From Eledone cirrhosa (lineage: Eukaryota): a stretch of 64,000 nt of DNA. Below the pieces are notes generated by a model. It searched no databases, was not told the origin of the DNA, and saw only the letters and a program-made list of their open reading frames with translations. Position 1 is the first letter of the stretch, and each line of letters starts with the position of its first letter. Positions 1 through 18,000 of the stretch are shown in pieces. A program made the position numbers and the translations under genes. The DNA is taken from positions 12,772,001 to 12,836,000 of the forward strand of contig OZ024741.1 in assembly GCA_964016885.1 (NCBI GenBank), given 5' to 3'.

Positions 1-3000
1 TTACATACACACACATCTACTGAGTTACATACAAACATCTACTGAGTTACATACACACACATCTACTATGTTACATACACACACATCTACTGAGTTACAT
101 ACACACATCTACTGTGTTACATACACAAACATCTACTGTGTTACATACACACACATCTACTGTGTTACATACACACACATCTACTGAGTTACATACACAC
201 ATCTACTGAGTTACACACACATATTTACTGAGTTACATACACCCCTCTGCTGAGTTACATATTTACTGAGTTACATACGCACACCTACTGAGTTACATAC
301 ACACATCAACTGAGTTACATACACACACATCTACTGAGTTACATACACACACATCTACTGAGTTACATACACACATATCTACTGAGTTACATACACACAT
401 CTACTGAGTTACATACTCATATTTACTGAGTTACATACACACACATCTACTGAGTTACATATTTACTGAGTTACATACACACACCTACTGAGTTACATAC
501 ACACATCAACTGAGTTACATACACGCATATCTACAGTCACATACATACATCTACTGAGTTAGATACACACATCAACCGAGTTACATACATACACATCTAC
601 TGAGTTACATACACACATCTACTGAGTTACATACATACATCTACTGAGTTACATACACACAAAACTACTGAGTTACATACACACACATCAACTGAGATAC
701 ATACACACACATCTACAGAGTTACATACACACACATCTACAGAGTTACATACACACACATCTACTGAGATACATACACACACATCTACAGAGTTACATAC
801 ACACACATCTACTGAGTTACATACACACACATCTACTGAGTAACATACACACACATCTACTGAGTAACATACACACACATCTACTGTGTTACATACACAC
901 ACCTCTGCTGAGTTACATATTTACTGAGTTACATACACACACCTACTGAGTTACATACACACATCAACTGAGTTACATACACGCTTATCTACAGAGTCAC
1001 ATACATACATCTACTGAGTTACATACACACATCAACCGAGTTACATACATACACATCTCCTGAGTTACACACACACAAAACTACTGAGTTACATACACAC
1101 ACATCAACTGAGATACATACACACATCTACAGAGTTACATACACACACATCTACTGAGTTACATACACACACATCTACTGAGTTACATACACACATCTAC
1201 TGAGTTGCATACACACACATCTACTGAGTTACACACAAACATCTACTGAGTTACATACACACACATCTACAGACTTACATACACACACATCTACTGAGTT
1301 ACATACACACATCTACTGAGTTACATACACACGCATCTACTGAGTTACATCCACACATCTACAGAGTTACATACACACACATCTACTGTGTTACTTACAC
1401 ACACATCTACTGAGTTATATACACACATCTACAGAGTTACATACACTCACATCTACTGAGTTACATACACACATCTACTGAGTTACAGACACACATCTAC
1501 TGAGTTACATACACACACATCTACTGTGTTACATACACACACATCTACTGAGTTACATACACACACATCTACTGTGTTACATACACACACATCTACTGTG
1601 TTACATACACACACATCTACTGTGTTACATACACACACATCTACTGAGTTTTATACACACACATCTACTGAGTTACATACACTCACATCTACTGAGTTAC
1701 ATACACACATCTACTGAGTTACATACACCCATCAACTGAGTTACATACACGCATATCTAGAGTCACATACATACATCTACTGAGTTAGATACACACATCA
1801 ACCGAGTTACATACATACACATCTACTGAGTTACATACACACACATCTACTGAGTTACATACACACATCAACTGAGTTACATACACACATCAACTGAGTT
1901 ACATACACGCTTATCTACAGAGTCACATACATACATCTACTGAGTTACATACACACATCAACCGAGTTACATACATACACATCTCCTGAGTTACACACAC
2001 ACAAAACTACTGAGTTACATACACACACATCAACTGAGATACATACACACATCTACAGAGTTACATACACACACATCTACTGAGTTACATACACACACAT
2101 CTACTGAGTTACATACACACATCTACTGAGTTGCATACACACACATCTACTGAGTTACACACAAACATCTACTGAGTTACATACACACACATCTACTGAG
2201 TTACATACACACATCTACTGAGTTACATACACACACATCTACTGAGTTACATATTTACTGAGTTACATACACACACCTACTGAGTTACATACACGCATAT
2301 CTAGAGTCACATACATACATCTACTGAGTTAGATACACACATCCACCGAGTTACATACATACACATCTACTGAGTTACATACACACACATCTACTGAGTT
2401 ACATACATACATCTACTTAGTTACATACACACAAAACTACTGAGTTACATACACACACATCAATTGAGATACATACACACATCTACTGAGTTACATACAC
2501 ACACATCTACTGAGATACATACACACACATCTACTGAGTTACATACACACACACATCTACTATGTTACATACACTCACACACATCTACTGAGATACATAC
2601 ACACATCTACTGTGTTACATACACACACATCTACTGTGTTACATATACACACATCTACTGAGTTACATACACACACATCTACTGTGTTACATACACACAC
2701 ATCTACTGTGTTACATACACACACATCTACTGAGTTACATACACACATCTACTGAGTTACACACACATATTTACTGAGTTACATACACACACCTCTGCTG
2801 AGTTACATACACACACCTACTGAGTTACATACACACATCAACTGAGTTAGATACACACACATCTACTGAGTTAGATACACACACATCTACTGAGTTACAT
2901 ACACACACATCTACTGAGTTACATACACACACATCTACTGAGTTACATACACACACATCTACTGAGTTACATACACACATATCTACTGAGTTACATACAC

Positions 3001-6000
3001 ACATCTACTGAGTTACATACTCATATTTACTGAGTTACATACACACACATCTACTGAGTTACATATTTACTGAGTTACATACACACACCTACTGAGTTAC
3101 ATACACACATCAACTGAGTTACATACACGCATATCTACAGAGTCACATACATACATCTACTGAGTTAGATACACACATCAACCGAGTTACATACATACAC
3201 ATCTACTGTGTTACATACACACACATCTACTGTGTTACATACACACACCTCTGCTGAGTTACATATTTACTGAGTTACATACACACACCTACTGAGTTAC
3301 ATACACACATCAACTGAGTTACATACACACATCAACCGAGTTACATACACACATCAACCGAGTTACATACACACATCAACCGAGTTACATACACACACAT
3401 CTACTGAGTTACATACACATACATCTCCTGAGTTACACACACACAAAACTACTGAGTTACATACACACACATCTACTGAGTCACATACACACACATCTAC
3501 TGAGTTACATACAAACATCTACTGAGTTACATACACACATCTACTGAGTTACATAAACACGCATCTACTGAGTTACATACACACATCTACTGAGTTACAT
3601 ACACACACATCTACTGTGTTACTTACACACACATCTACTGAGTTACATACACACACATCTACTGAGTTACATACACACATATCTACAGAGTTACATACAC
3701 ACACATCTACAGAGTTACATACACACACATCTACAGAGTTACATACACACACATCTACAGAGTTACATACACACACATCTACAGAGTTACATACACACAC
3801 ATCTACAGAGTTACATACACACACATCTACAGAGTTACATACACACACATCTACAGAGTTACATACACACACATCCACAGAGTTACATACACACACATCT
3901 ACAGAGTTACATACACACACATCTACAGAGTTACATACACACACATCTACAGAGTTACATACACACACATCCACAGAGTTACATACACACACATCTACTG
4001 AGTTACATACACACACATCTACTGAGTTACATACACACACATCTACTGAGTTACATACACACACATCTACTGAGTTACATACACACACATCTACTGAGTT
4101 ACATACACACACATCTACTGAGTTACATACACACACATCTACAGAGTTACATACACACACATCTACAGAGTTACATACACACACATCTACAGAGTTACAT
4201 ACACACACATCTACAGAGTTACATACACACACATCTACAGACTTACATACACACACATCTACAGAGTTACATACACACACATCTACAGAGTTACATACAC
4301 ACACATCTACAGAGTTACATACACACACATCTACAGAGTTACATACACTCACATCTACAGAGTTACATACACACATCTACTGAGTTACATACACACACAT
4401 CTACTGTGTCACACACACATCTACTGAGTTACATACACACACATTTACTGTGTTACATACACACACATTTACTGTGTTACATACACACACATTTACTGTG
4501 TTACATACACACACATTTACTGTGTTACATACACACACATTTACTGTGTTACATACACACACATTTACTGTGTTACATACACACACATCTACTGTGTTAC
4601 ATACACACACATCTACTGTGTTACATACACACACACCTACTGAGTTACATACACCCATCAACTGAGTTACATAGACGCATATCTAGAATCACATACATAC
4701 ATCTACTGAGTTAGATACACACATCAACCGAGTTACATACATACACATCTACTGAGTTACATACACACACATCTACTGAGTTACATACACATACATCTAC
4801 TGAGTTACATACACACACATCAACTGAGATACATACACACACATCTACTGAGTAAATACACACACATCTACTGAGATACATACACACACATCTACTGAGA
4901 TACATACACACACATCTACTGAGTTGCATACACACATCTACTGAGTTACATACACACACATCTACTGAGTTACATACAAACATCTGAGTTACATACACAC
5001 ACATCTACTATGTTACATACACACACACATCTACTGAGTTACATACACACATCTACTGAGTTACATACACACACATCTACTGTGTTACATACACACACAT
5101 CTACTGAGTTACATACACACATCTACTGAGTTACACACACATATTTACTGAGTTACATACACACACCTCTGCTGAGTTACATATTTACTGAGTTACATAC
5201 ACACACCTACTGAGTTACATACACACATCAACTGAGTTACATACACGCTTATCTACAGAGTCACATACATACATCAACCGAGTTACATACACACATCACA
5301 CATCAACCGAGTTACATACACACACATCTACTGAGTTACATACACATACATCTCCTGAGTTACACATACACAAAACTACTGAGTTACATACACACACATC
5401 TACTGAGTTACATACACACACATCTACTGTGTTACTTACACACATATCTACAGGGTTACATACACACATATCTACAGAGTTACATACACACATATCTACA
5501 GAGTTACATACACACACATCTACAGAGTTACATACACACACATCTACAGAGTTACATACACACACATCTACAGAGTTACATACACACACATCTACAGAGT
5601 TACATACACACACATCTACAGAGTTACATACACACACATCTACAGAGTTACATACACACACATCTACAGAGTTACATACACACACATCTACTGAGTTACA
5701 TACACACACATCTACTGAGTTACATATACACACATCTACTGAGTTACATACACACACATCTACTGAGTTACATACACACACATCTACTGAGTTACATACA
5801 CACACATCTACTGAGTTATATACACACATCTACAGAGTTACATACACACACATCTACTGAGTTACATACACACACATCTACTGAGTTACATACACACACA
5901 TCTACTGTGTCACATACACACACATCTACTGTGTCACATACACACACATCTACTGAGTTACATACACACACATCTATTGTGTTACATACACACACATCTA

Positions 6001-9000
6001 CTGTGTTACATACACACACCTACTGAGTTACATACACCCATCAACTGAGTTACATACACCCATCAACTGAGTTACATAGACGCATATCTAGAGTCACATA
6101 CATACATCTACTGAGTTAGATACACACATCAACCGAGTTACATACATACACATCTACTGAGTAACATACACACACATCGACTGAGTTACATACACATACA
6201 TCTACTTAGTTACATACACATACATCTACTTAGTTACATACACACAAAACTACTGAGTTACATACACACACATCAACTGAGATACATACACACATCTACT
6301 GAGTAAATACACACACATCTACTGAGTTGCATACACACATCTACTGAGTTACATACACACACATCTACTGAGTTACATACAAACATCTACTGAGTTACAT
6401 ACACACACATCTACTATGTTACATACACACACATCTACTGAGTTACATACACACATCTACTGTGTTACATACACAAACATCTACTGTGTTACATACACAC
6501 ACATCTACTGTGTTACATACACACACATCTACTGAGTTACATACACACATCTACTGAGTTACACACACATATTTACTGAGTTACATACACACACCTCTGC
6601 TGAGTTACATATTTACTGAGTTACATACGCACACCTACTGAGTTACATACACACATCAACTGAGTTACATACACGCTTATCTACACAGTCACATACATAC
6701 ATCAACCGAGTTACATACACACATCAACCGAGTTACATACACACATCAACCGAGTTACATACACACACATCTACTGAGTTACATACATATACATCTCCTG
6801 AGTTACACACACACAAAACTACTGAGTTACATACACACACATCTACTGAGTCACATACACACACATCTACTGAGTTTCATACAAACATCTACTGAGTTAC
6901 ATACACACATCTACTGAGTTACATACACACATCTACTGAGTTACATACACACACATCTACTGTGTTACTTACACACACATCTACTGAGTTACATACACAC
7001 ATATCTACAGAGTTACATACACACACATCTACAGAGTTACATACACACACATCTACAGAGTTACATACACACACATCTACAGAGTTACATACACACACAT
7101 CTACAGAGTTACATACACACACATCTACAGAGTTACATACGCACACATCTACAGAGTTACATACACACACATCTACAGAGTTACATACACACACATCTAC
7201 AGAGTTACATACACACACATCCACAGAGTTACATACACACACATCTACTGAGTTACATACACACACATCTACTGAGTTACTTACACACACATCTACTGTG
7301 TTACTTACACACACATCTACTGTGTTACTTACACACACATCTACTGTGTTACTTACACACACATCTACTGTGTTACTTACACACACATCTACTGTGTTAC
7401 TTACACACACATCTACTGAGTTATATACACACATCTACTGAGTTATATACACACATCTACTGAGTTACATACACACATCTACTGAGTTACATACACACAC
7501 ATCTACTGAGTTACATACACACACATCTACTGTGTTACATACACACACATCTACTGAGTTTTATACACACACATCTACTGAGTTTTATACACACACATCT
7601 ACTGAGTTACATACACACATCTACTGAGTTACATACACACAAATCTACTGAGTTACATACACACACATCTACTGAGATACATACACACACATCTACTGAG
7701 TTGTATACACACATCTACTGAGTTGTATACACACATCTACTGAGTTGTATACAAACATCTACTGAGTTGTATACAAACATCTACTGAGTTGTATACAAAC
7801 ATCTACTGAGTTACATACACACACATCTACTATGTTACATACACACATACACATCTACTGAGTTACATACACACATCTACTGAGTTACATACACACACAT
7901 CTACGGTGTTACATACACACACATCTACTGTGTTACATACACACACATCTACTGAGTTACACACACATATTTACTGAGTTACATACACACACCTCTGCTG
8001 AGTTACATATTTACTGAGTTACATACACACACCTACTGAGTTACATACACACATCAACTGAGTTACATACACACATCAACTGAGTCACATACACACATCT
8101 ACTGAGTTACATACACACATCTACTGAGTTACACACACATATTTACTGAGTTACATACACACACCTCTGCTGAGTTACATATTTACTGAGTTACATACAC
8201 ACACCTACTGAGTTACATACACACATCAACTGAGTTACATACACGCTTATCTACAGAGTCACATACACACATCAACCGAGTTACATACACACACATCTAC
8301 TGAGTTACATACACATACATCTCCTGAGTTACACACCCACACATCTACTGAGTTACATACACACACATCTACTGAGTCACATACACACACATCTACTGAG
8401 TTACATACACGCATCTACTGAGTTACATACACACATCTACTGAGTTACATACACACATCAACCGAGTTACATACACACACATCTACTGAGTTACATACAC
8501 ATACATCTCCTGAGTTACACACACACAAAACTACTGAGTTACATACACACACATCTACTGAGTTACATACAAACATCTACTGAGTTACATACACACATCT
8601 ACTGAGTTACATAAACACGCATCTACTGAGTTACATACACACATCTACTGAGTTACATACACACACATCTACTGTGTTACTTACACACACATCTACTGAG
8701 TTACATACACACACATCTACTGAGTTACATACACACATATCTACAGAGTTACATACACACATATCTACAGAGTTACATACACACACATCTACAGAGTTAC
8801 ATACACACACATCTACAGAGTTACATACACACACATCTACAGAGTTACATACACACACATCTACAGAGTTACATACACACACATCTACAGAGTTACATAC
8901 ACACACATCTACAGAGTTTCATACACACACATCTACAGAGTTACATACACACACATCCACAGAGTTACATACACACACATCCACAGAGTTACATACACAC

Positions 9001-12000
9001 ACATCTACTGAGTTACATACACACACATCTACTGAGTTACATACACACACATCTACTGAGTTACATACACACACATCTACTGAGTTACATACACACACAT
9101 CTACAGAGTTACATACACACACATCTACAGAGTTACATACACACACATCTACAGAGTTACATACACACACATCTACAGAGTTACATACACACACATCTAC
9201 AGAGTTACATACACACACATCTAGAGAGTTACATACACACACATCTAGAGAGTTACATACACACACATCCACAGAGTTACATACACACACATCCACAGAG
9301 TTACATACACACACATCTACTGAGTTACATACACACACATCTACAGAGTTACATACACACACATCTACAGTTACATACACTCACATCTACTGAGTTACAT
9401 ACACACACATCTACTGTGTCACACACACATCTACTGAGTTACATACACACACATCTACTGTGTTACATACACACACATCTACTGTGTTACATACACACAC
9501 ATCTACTGAGTTATATACACACATCTACTGAGTTACACACACATATTTACTGAGTTACATACACATATTTGCTGAGTTACATACACACACCTCTGCTGAG
9601 TTACATACACACACCTACTGAGTTACATACACACATCAACTGAGTTAGATACACACACATCTAATGAGTTAGATACACACACATCTACTGAGTTACATAC
9701 ACACACATCTACAGAGTTACATACACACACATCTACAGTTACATACACTCACATCTACTGAGTTACATACACACACATCTACTGTGTCACACACACATCT
9801 ACTGAGTTACATACACACACATCTACTGTGTTACATACACACACATCTACTGTGTTACATACACACACATCTACTGAGTTATATACACACATCTACTGAG
9901 TTACACACACATATTTACTGAGTTACATACACACACCTCTGCTGAGTTACATACACACACCTCTGCTGAGTTACATACACACACCTACTGAGTTACATAC
10001 ACACATCAACTGAGTTAGATACACACACATCTAATGAGTTAGATACACACACATCTACTGAGTTACATACACACACATCTACTGAGTTACATACACACAC
10101 ATCTACTGAGTTACATACACACACATCTACTGAGTTACATACACACATATCTACTGAGTTACATACACACATCTACTGAGTTACATACTCATATTTACTG
10201 AGTTACATACACACACATCTACTGAGTTACATATTTACTGAGTTACATACACACACCTACTGAGTTACATACACACATCAACTGAGTTACATACACGCAT
10301 ATCTACAGAGTCACATACATACATCTACTGAGTTAGATACACACATCAACCGAGTTACATACATACACATCTACTGTGTTACATACACACACATCTACTG
10401 AGTTACATACATACATCTACTGAGTTACATACACACAAAACTACTGAGTTACATACACACACATCTACAGAGTTATATACACACACATCTACTGAGTAAC
10501 ATACACACACATCTACTGTGTTACATACACACACCTCTGCTGAGTTACATATTTACTGAGTTACATACACACACCTACTGTGTTACATACACACATCAAC
10601 TGAGTTACATACACACATCAACCGAGTTACATACACACATCAACCGAGTTACATACACACATCAACCGAGTTACATACACACACATCTACTGAGTTACAT
10701 ACACATACATCTCCTGAGTTACACACACACAAAACTACTGAGTTACATACACACACATCTACTGAGTCACATACACACACATCTACTGAGTTACATACAA
10801 ACATCTACTGAGTTACATACACACATCTACTGAGTTACATAAACACGCATCTACTGAGTTACATACACACATCTACTGAGTTACATACACACACATCTAC
10901 TGTGTTACTTACACACACATCTACTGAGTTACATACACACACATCTACTGAGTTACATACACACATATCTACAGAGTTACATACACACATATCTACAGAG
11001 TTACATACACACACATCTACAGAGTTACATACACACACATCTACAGAGTTACATACACACACATCTACAGAGTTACATACACACACATCTACAGAGTTAC
11101 ATACACACACATCTACAGAGTTACATACACACACATCTACAGAGTTACATACACACACATCTACAGAGTTACATACACACACATCCACAGAGTTACATAC
11201 ACACACATCTACTGAGTTACATACACACACATCTACTGAGTTACATACACACACATCTACTGAGTTACATACACACACATCTACTGAGTTACATACACAC
11301 ACATCTACTGAGTTACTTACACACACATCTACTGAGTTACATACACACACATCTACTGTGTTACATACACACACATCTACAGAGTTACATACACACACAT
11401 CTACAGAGTTACATACACACACATCTACAGAGTTACATACACACACATCTACAGAGTTACATACACACACATCTACAGAGTTACATACACACACATCCAC
11501 AGAGTTACATACACACACATCTACTGAGTTACATACACACACATCTACTGAGTTACATACACACACATCTACTGAGTTACATACACACACATCTACTGAG
11601 TTACATACACACACATCTACAGAGTTACATACACACACATCTACAGAGTTACATACACACACATCTACAGAGTTACATACACACACATCTACAGAGTTAC
11701 ATACACACACATCTACAGAGTTACATACACACACATCTACAGAGTTACATACACACACATCTACAGAGTTACATACACACACATCTACAGAGTTACATAC
11801 ACTCACATCTACAGAGTTACATACACACATCTACTGAGTTACATACACACACATCTACTGTGTCACACACACATCTACTGAGTTACATACACACACATTT
11901 ACTGTGTTACATACACACACATTTACTGTGTTACATACACACACATTTACTGTGTTACATACACACACATTTACTGTGTTACATACACACACATTTACTG

Positions 12001-15000
12001 TGTTACATACACACACATTTACTGTGTTACATACACACACATTTACTGTGTTACATACATACACATCTACTGTGTTACATACACACACATCTACTGAGTT
12101 TTATACACACACACCTACTGAGTTACATACACCCATCAACTGAGTTACATAGACGCATATCTAGAATCACATACATACATCTACTGAGTTAGATACACAC
12201 ATCAACCGAGTTACATACATACACATCTACTGAGTTACATACACACACATCTACTGAGTTACATACACATACATCTACTGAGTTACATACACACACATCA
12301 ACTGAGATACATACACACACATCTACTGAGTAAATACACACACATCTACTGAGATACATACACACACATCTACTGAGATACATACACACACATCTACTGA
12401 GTTGCATACACACATCTACTGAGTTACATACACACACATCTACTGAGTTACATACAAACATCTGAGTTACATACACACACATCTACTATGTTACATACAC
12501 ACACACATCTACTGAGTTACATACACACATCTACTGAGTTACATACACACACATCTACTGTGTTACATACACACACATCTACTGAGTTACATACACACAT
12601 CTACTGAGTTACACACACATATTTACTGAGTTACATACACACACCTCTGCTGAGTTACATATTTACTGAGTTACATACACACACCTACTGAGTTACATAC
12701 ACACATCAACTGAGTTACATACACGCTTATCTACAGAGTCACATACATACATCAACCGAGTTACATACACACATCACACATCAACCGAGTTACATACACA
12801 CACATCTACTGAGTTACATACACATACATCTCCTGAGTTACACATACACAAAACTACTGAGTTACATACACACACATCTACTGAGTTACATACACACACA
12901 TCTACTGTGTTACTTACACACATATCTACAGGGTTACATACACACATATCTACAGAGTTACATACACACATATCTACAGAGTTACATACACACACATCTA
13001 CAGAGTTACATACACACACATCTACAGAGTTACATACACACACATCTACAGAGTTACATACACACACATCTACAGAGTTACATACACACACATCTACAGA
13101 GTTACATACACACACATCTACAGAGTTACATACACACACATCTACAGAGTTACATACACACACATCTACAGAGTTACATACACACACATCTACTGAGTTA
13201 CATACACACACATCTACTGAGTTACATATACACACATCTACTGAGTTACATACACACACATCTACTGAGTTACATACACACACATCTACTGAGTTACATA
13301 CACACACATCTACTGAGTTACATACACACACATCTACTGAGTTATATACACACATCTACAGAGTTACATACACACACATCTACTGAGTTACATACACACA
13401 CATCTACTGAGTTACATACACACACATCTACTGTGTCACATACACACACATCTACTGTGTCACATACACACACATCTACTGTGTTACATACACACACATC
13501 TACTGTGTTACATACACACACATCTACTGTGTTACATACACACACCTACTGAGTTACATACACCCATCAACTGAGTTACATACACCCATCAACTGAGTTA
13601 CATAGACGCATATCTAGAGTCACATACATACATCTACTGAGTTAGATACACACATCAACCGAGTTACATACATACACATCTACTGAGTAACATACACACA
13701 CATCGACTGAGTTACATAAACATACATCTACTTAGTTACATACACATACATCTACTTAGTTACATACACACAAAACTACTGAGTTACATACACACACATC
13801 AACTGAGATACATACACACATCTACTGAGTAAATACACACACATCTACTGAGTTGCATACACACATCTACTGAGTTACATACACACACATCTACTGAGTT
13901 ACATACAAACATCTACTGAGTTACATACACACACATCTACTATGTTACATACACACACATCTACTGAGTTACATACACACATCTACTGTGTTACATACAC
14001 AAACATCTACTGTGTTACATACACACACATCTACTGTGTTACATACACACACATCTACTGAATTACATACACACATCTACTGAGTTACACACACATATTT
14101 ACTGAGTTACATACACCCCTCTGCTGAGTTACATATTTACTGAGTTACATACGCACACCTACTGAGTTACATACACACATCAACTGAGTTACATACACGC
14201 TTATCTACACAGTCACATACATACATCAACCGAGTTACATACACACATCAACCGAGTTACATACACACATCAACCGAGTTACATACACACACATCTACTG
14301 AGTTACATACATATACATCTCCTGAGTTACACACACACAAAACTACTGAGTTACATACACACACATCTACTGAGTCACATACACACACATCTACTGAGTT
14401 TCATACAAACATCTACTGAGTTACATACACACATCTACTGAGTTACATAAACACGCATCTACTGAGTTACATACACACATCTACTGAGTTACATACACAC
14501 ACATCTACTGTGTTACTTACACACACATCTACTGAGTTACATACACACATATCTACAGAGTTACATACACACACATCTACAGAGTTACATACACACACAT
14601 CTACAGAGTTACATACACACACATCTACAGAGTTACATACACACACATCTACAGAGTTACATACACACACATCTACAGAGTTACATACACACACATCTAC
14701 AGAGTTACATACACACACATCTACAGAGTTACATACACACACATCTACAGAGTTACATACACACACATCCACAGAGTTACATACACACACATCTACTGAG
14801 TTACATACACACACATCTACTGAGTTACTTACACACACATCTACTGTGTTACTTACACACACATCTACTGTGTTACTTACACACACATCTACTGTGTTAC
14901 TTACACACACATCTACTGTGTTACTTACACACACATCTACTGTGTTACTTACACACACATCTACTGAGTTATATACACACATCTACTGAGTTATATACAC

Positions 15001-18000
15001 ACATCTACTGAGTTACATACACACATCTACTGAGTTACATACACACATCTACTGAGTTACATACACACACATCTACTGAGTTACATACACACACATCTAC
15101 TGTGTTACATACACACACATCTACTGAGTTTTATACACACACATCTACTGAGTTTTATACACACACATCTACTGAGTTACATACACACATCTACTGAGTT
15201 ACATACACACACATCTACTGAGATACATACACACACATCTACTGAGTTGTATACACACATCTACTGAGTTGTATACACACATCTACTGAGTTGTATACAA
15301 ACATCTACTGAGTTACATACACACACATCTACTATGTTACATACACACATACACATCTACTGAGTTACATACACACATCTACTGAGTTACATACACACAC
15401 ATCTACTGTGTTACATACACATACATCTACTGTGTTACATACACACACATCTACTGAGTTACACACACATATTTACTGAGTTACATACACACACCTCTGC
15501 TGAGTTACATATTTACTGAGTTACATACACACACCTACTGAGTTACATACACACATCAACTGAGTTACATACACACATCAACTGAGTCACATACATACAT
15601 CTACTGAGTTACATACACACATCTACTGAGTTACACACACATATTTACTGAGTTACATACACACACCTCTGCTGAGTTACATATTTACTGAGTTACATAC
15701 ACACACCTACTGAGTTACATACACACATCAACTGAGTTACATACACGCTTATCTACAGAGTCACATACACACATCAACCGAGTTACATACACACACATCT
15801 ACTGAGTTACATACACATACATCTCCTGAGTTACACACCCACACATCTACTGAGTTACATACACACACATCTACTGAGTCACATACACACACATCTACTG
15901 AGTTACATACACGCATCTACTGAGTTACATACACACATCTACTGAGTTACATACACACATCAACCGAGTTACATACACACACATCTACTGAGTTACATAC
16001 ACATACATCTCCTGAGTTACACACACACAAAACTACTGAGTTACATACACACACATCTACTGAGTTACATACAAACATCTACTGAGTTACATACACACAT
16101 CTACTGAGTTACATAAACACGCATCTACTGAGTTACATACACACATCTACTGAGTTACATACACACACATCTACTGTGTTACTTACACACACATCTACTG
16201 AGTTACATACACACACATCTACTGAGTTACATACACACATATCTACAGAGTTACATACACACATATCTACAGAGTTACATACACACACATCTACAGAGTT
16301 ACATACACACACATCTACAGAGTTACATACACACACATCTACAGAGTTACATACACACACATCTACAGAGTTACATACACACACATCTACAGAGTTACAT
16401 ACACACACATCTACAGAGTTACATACACACACATCTACAGAGTTACATACACACACATCCACAGAGTTACATACACACACATCTACTGAGTTACATACAC
16501 ACACATCTACTGAGTTACATACACACACATCTACTGAGTTACATACACACACATCTACTGAGTTACATACACACACATCTACTGAGTTACATACACACAC
16601 ATCTACAGAGTTACATACACACACATCTACAGAGTTACATACACACACATCTACAGAGTTACATACACACACATCTAGAGAGTTACATACACACACATCC
16701 ACAGAGTTACATACACACACATCCACAGAGTTACATACACACACATCTACTGAGTTACATACACACACATCTACAGAGTTACATACACACACATCTACAG
16801 AGTTACATACACACACATCTACAGTTACATACACTCACATCTACTGAGTTACATACACACACATCTACTGTGTCACACACACATCTACTGAGTTACATAC
16901 ACACACATTTACTGTGTTACATACACACACATTTACTGTGTTACATACACACACATCTACTGTGTTACATACACACACATCTACTGAGTTATATACACAC
17001 ACATCTACTGAGTTTTATACACACACACCTACTGAGTTACATACACCCATCAACTGAGTTACATAGACGCATATCTAGAATCACATACATACATCTACTG
17101 AGTTAGATACACACATCAACCGAGTTACATACATACACATCTACTGAGTTACATACACACACATCTACTGAGTTACATACACATACATCTACTGAGTTAC
17201 ATACACACACATCAACTGAGATACATACACACACATCTACTGAGTAAATACACACACATCTACTGAGATACATACACACACATCTACTGAGATGCATACA
17301 CACACATCTACTGAGTTGCATACACACATCTACTGAGTTACATACACACACATCTACTGAGTTACATACAAACATCTGAGTTACATACACACACATCTAC
17401 TATGTTACATACACACACACATCTACTGAGTTACATACACACATCTACTGAGTTACATACACACACATCTACTGTGTTACATACACACACATCTACTGAG
17501 TTACATACACACATCTACTGAGTTACACACACATATTTACTGAGTTACATACACACACCTCTGCTGAGTTACATATTTACTGAGTTACATACACACACCT
17601 ACTGAGTTACATACACACATCAACTGAGTTACATACACGCTTATCTACAGAGTCACATACATACATCAACCGAGTTACATACACACATCACACATCAACC
17701 GAGTTACATACACACACATCTACTGAGTTACATACACATACATCTCCTGAGTTACACATACACAAAACTACTGAGTTACATACACACACATCTACTGAGT
17801 TACATACAGACACATCTACTGTGTTACTTACACACATATCTACAGAGTTACATACACACATATCTACAGAGTTACATACACACACATCTACAGAGTTACA
17901 TACACACACATCTACAGAGTTACATACACACACATCTACAGAGTTACATACACACACATCTACTGAGTTACATATACACACATCTACTGAGTTACATACA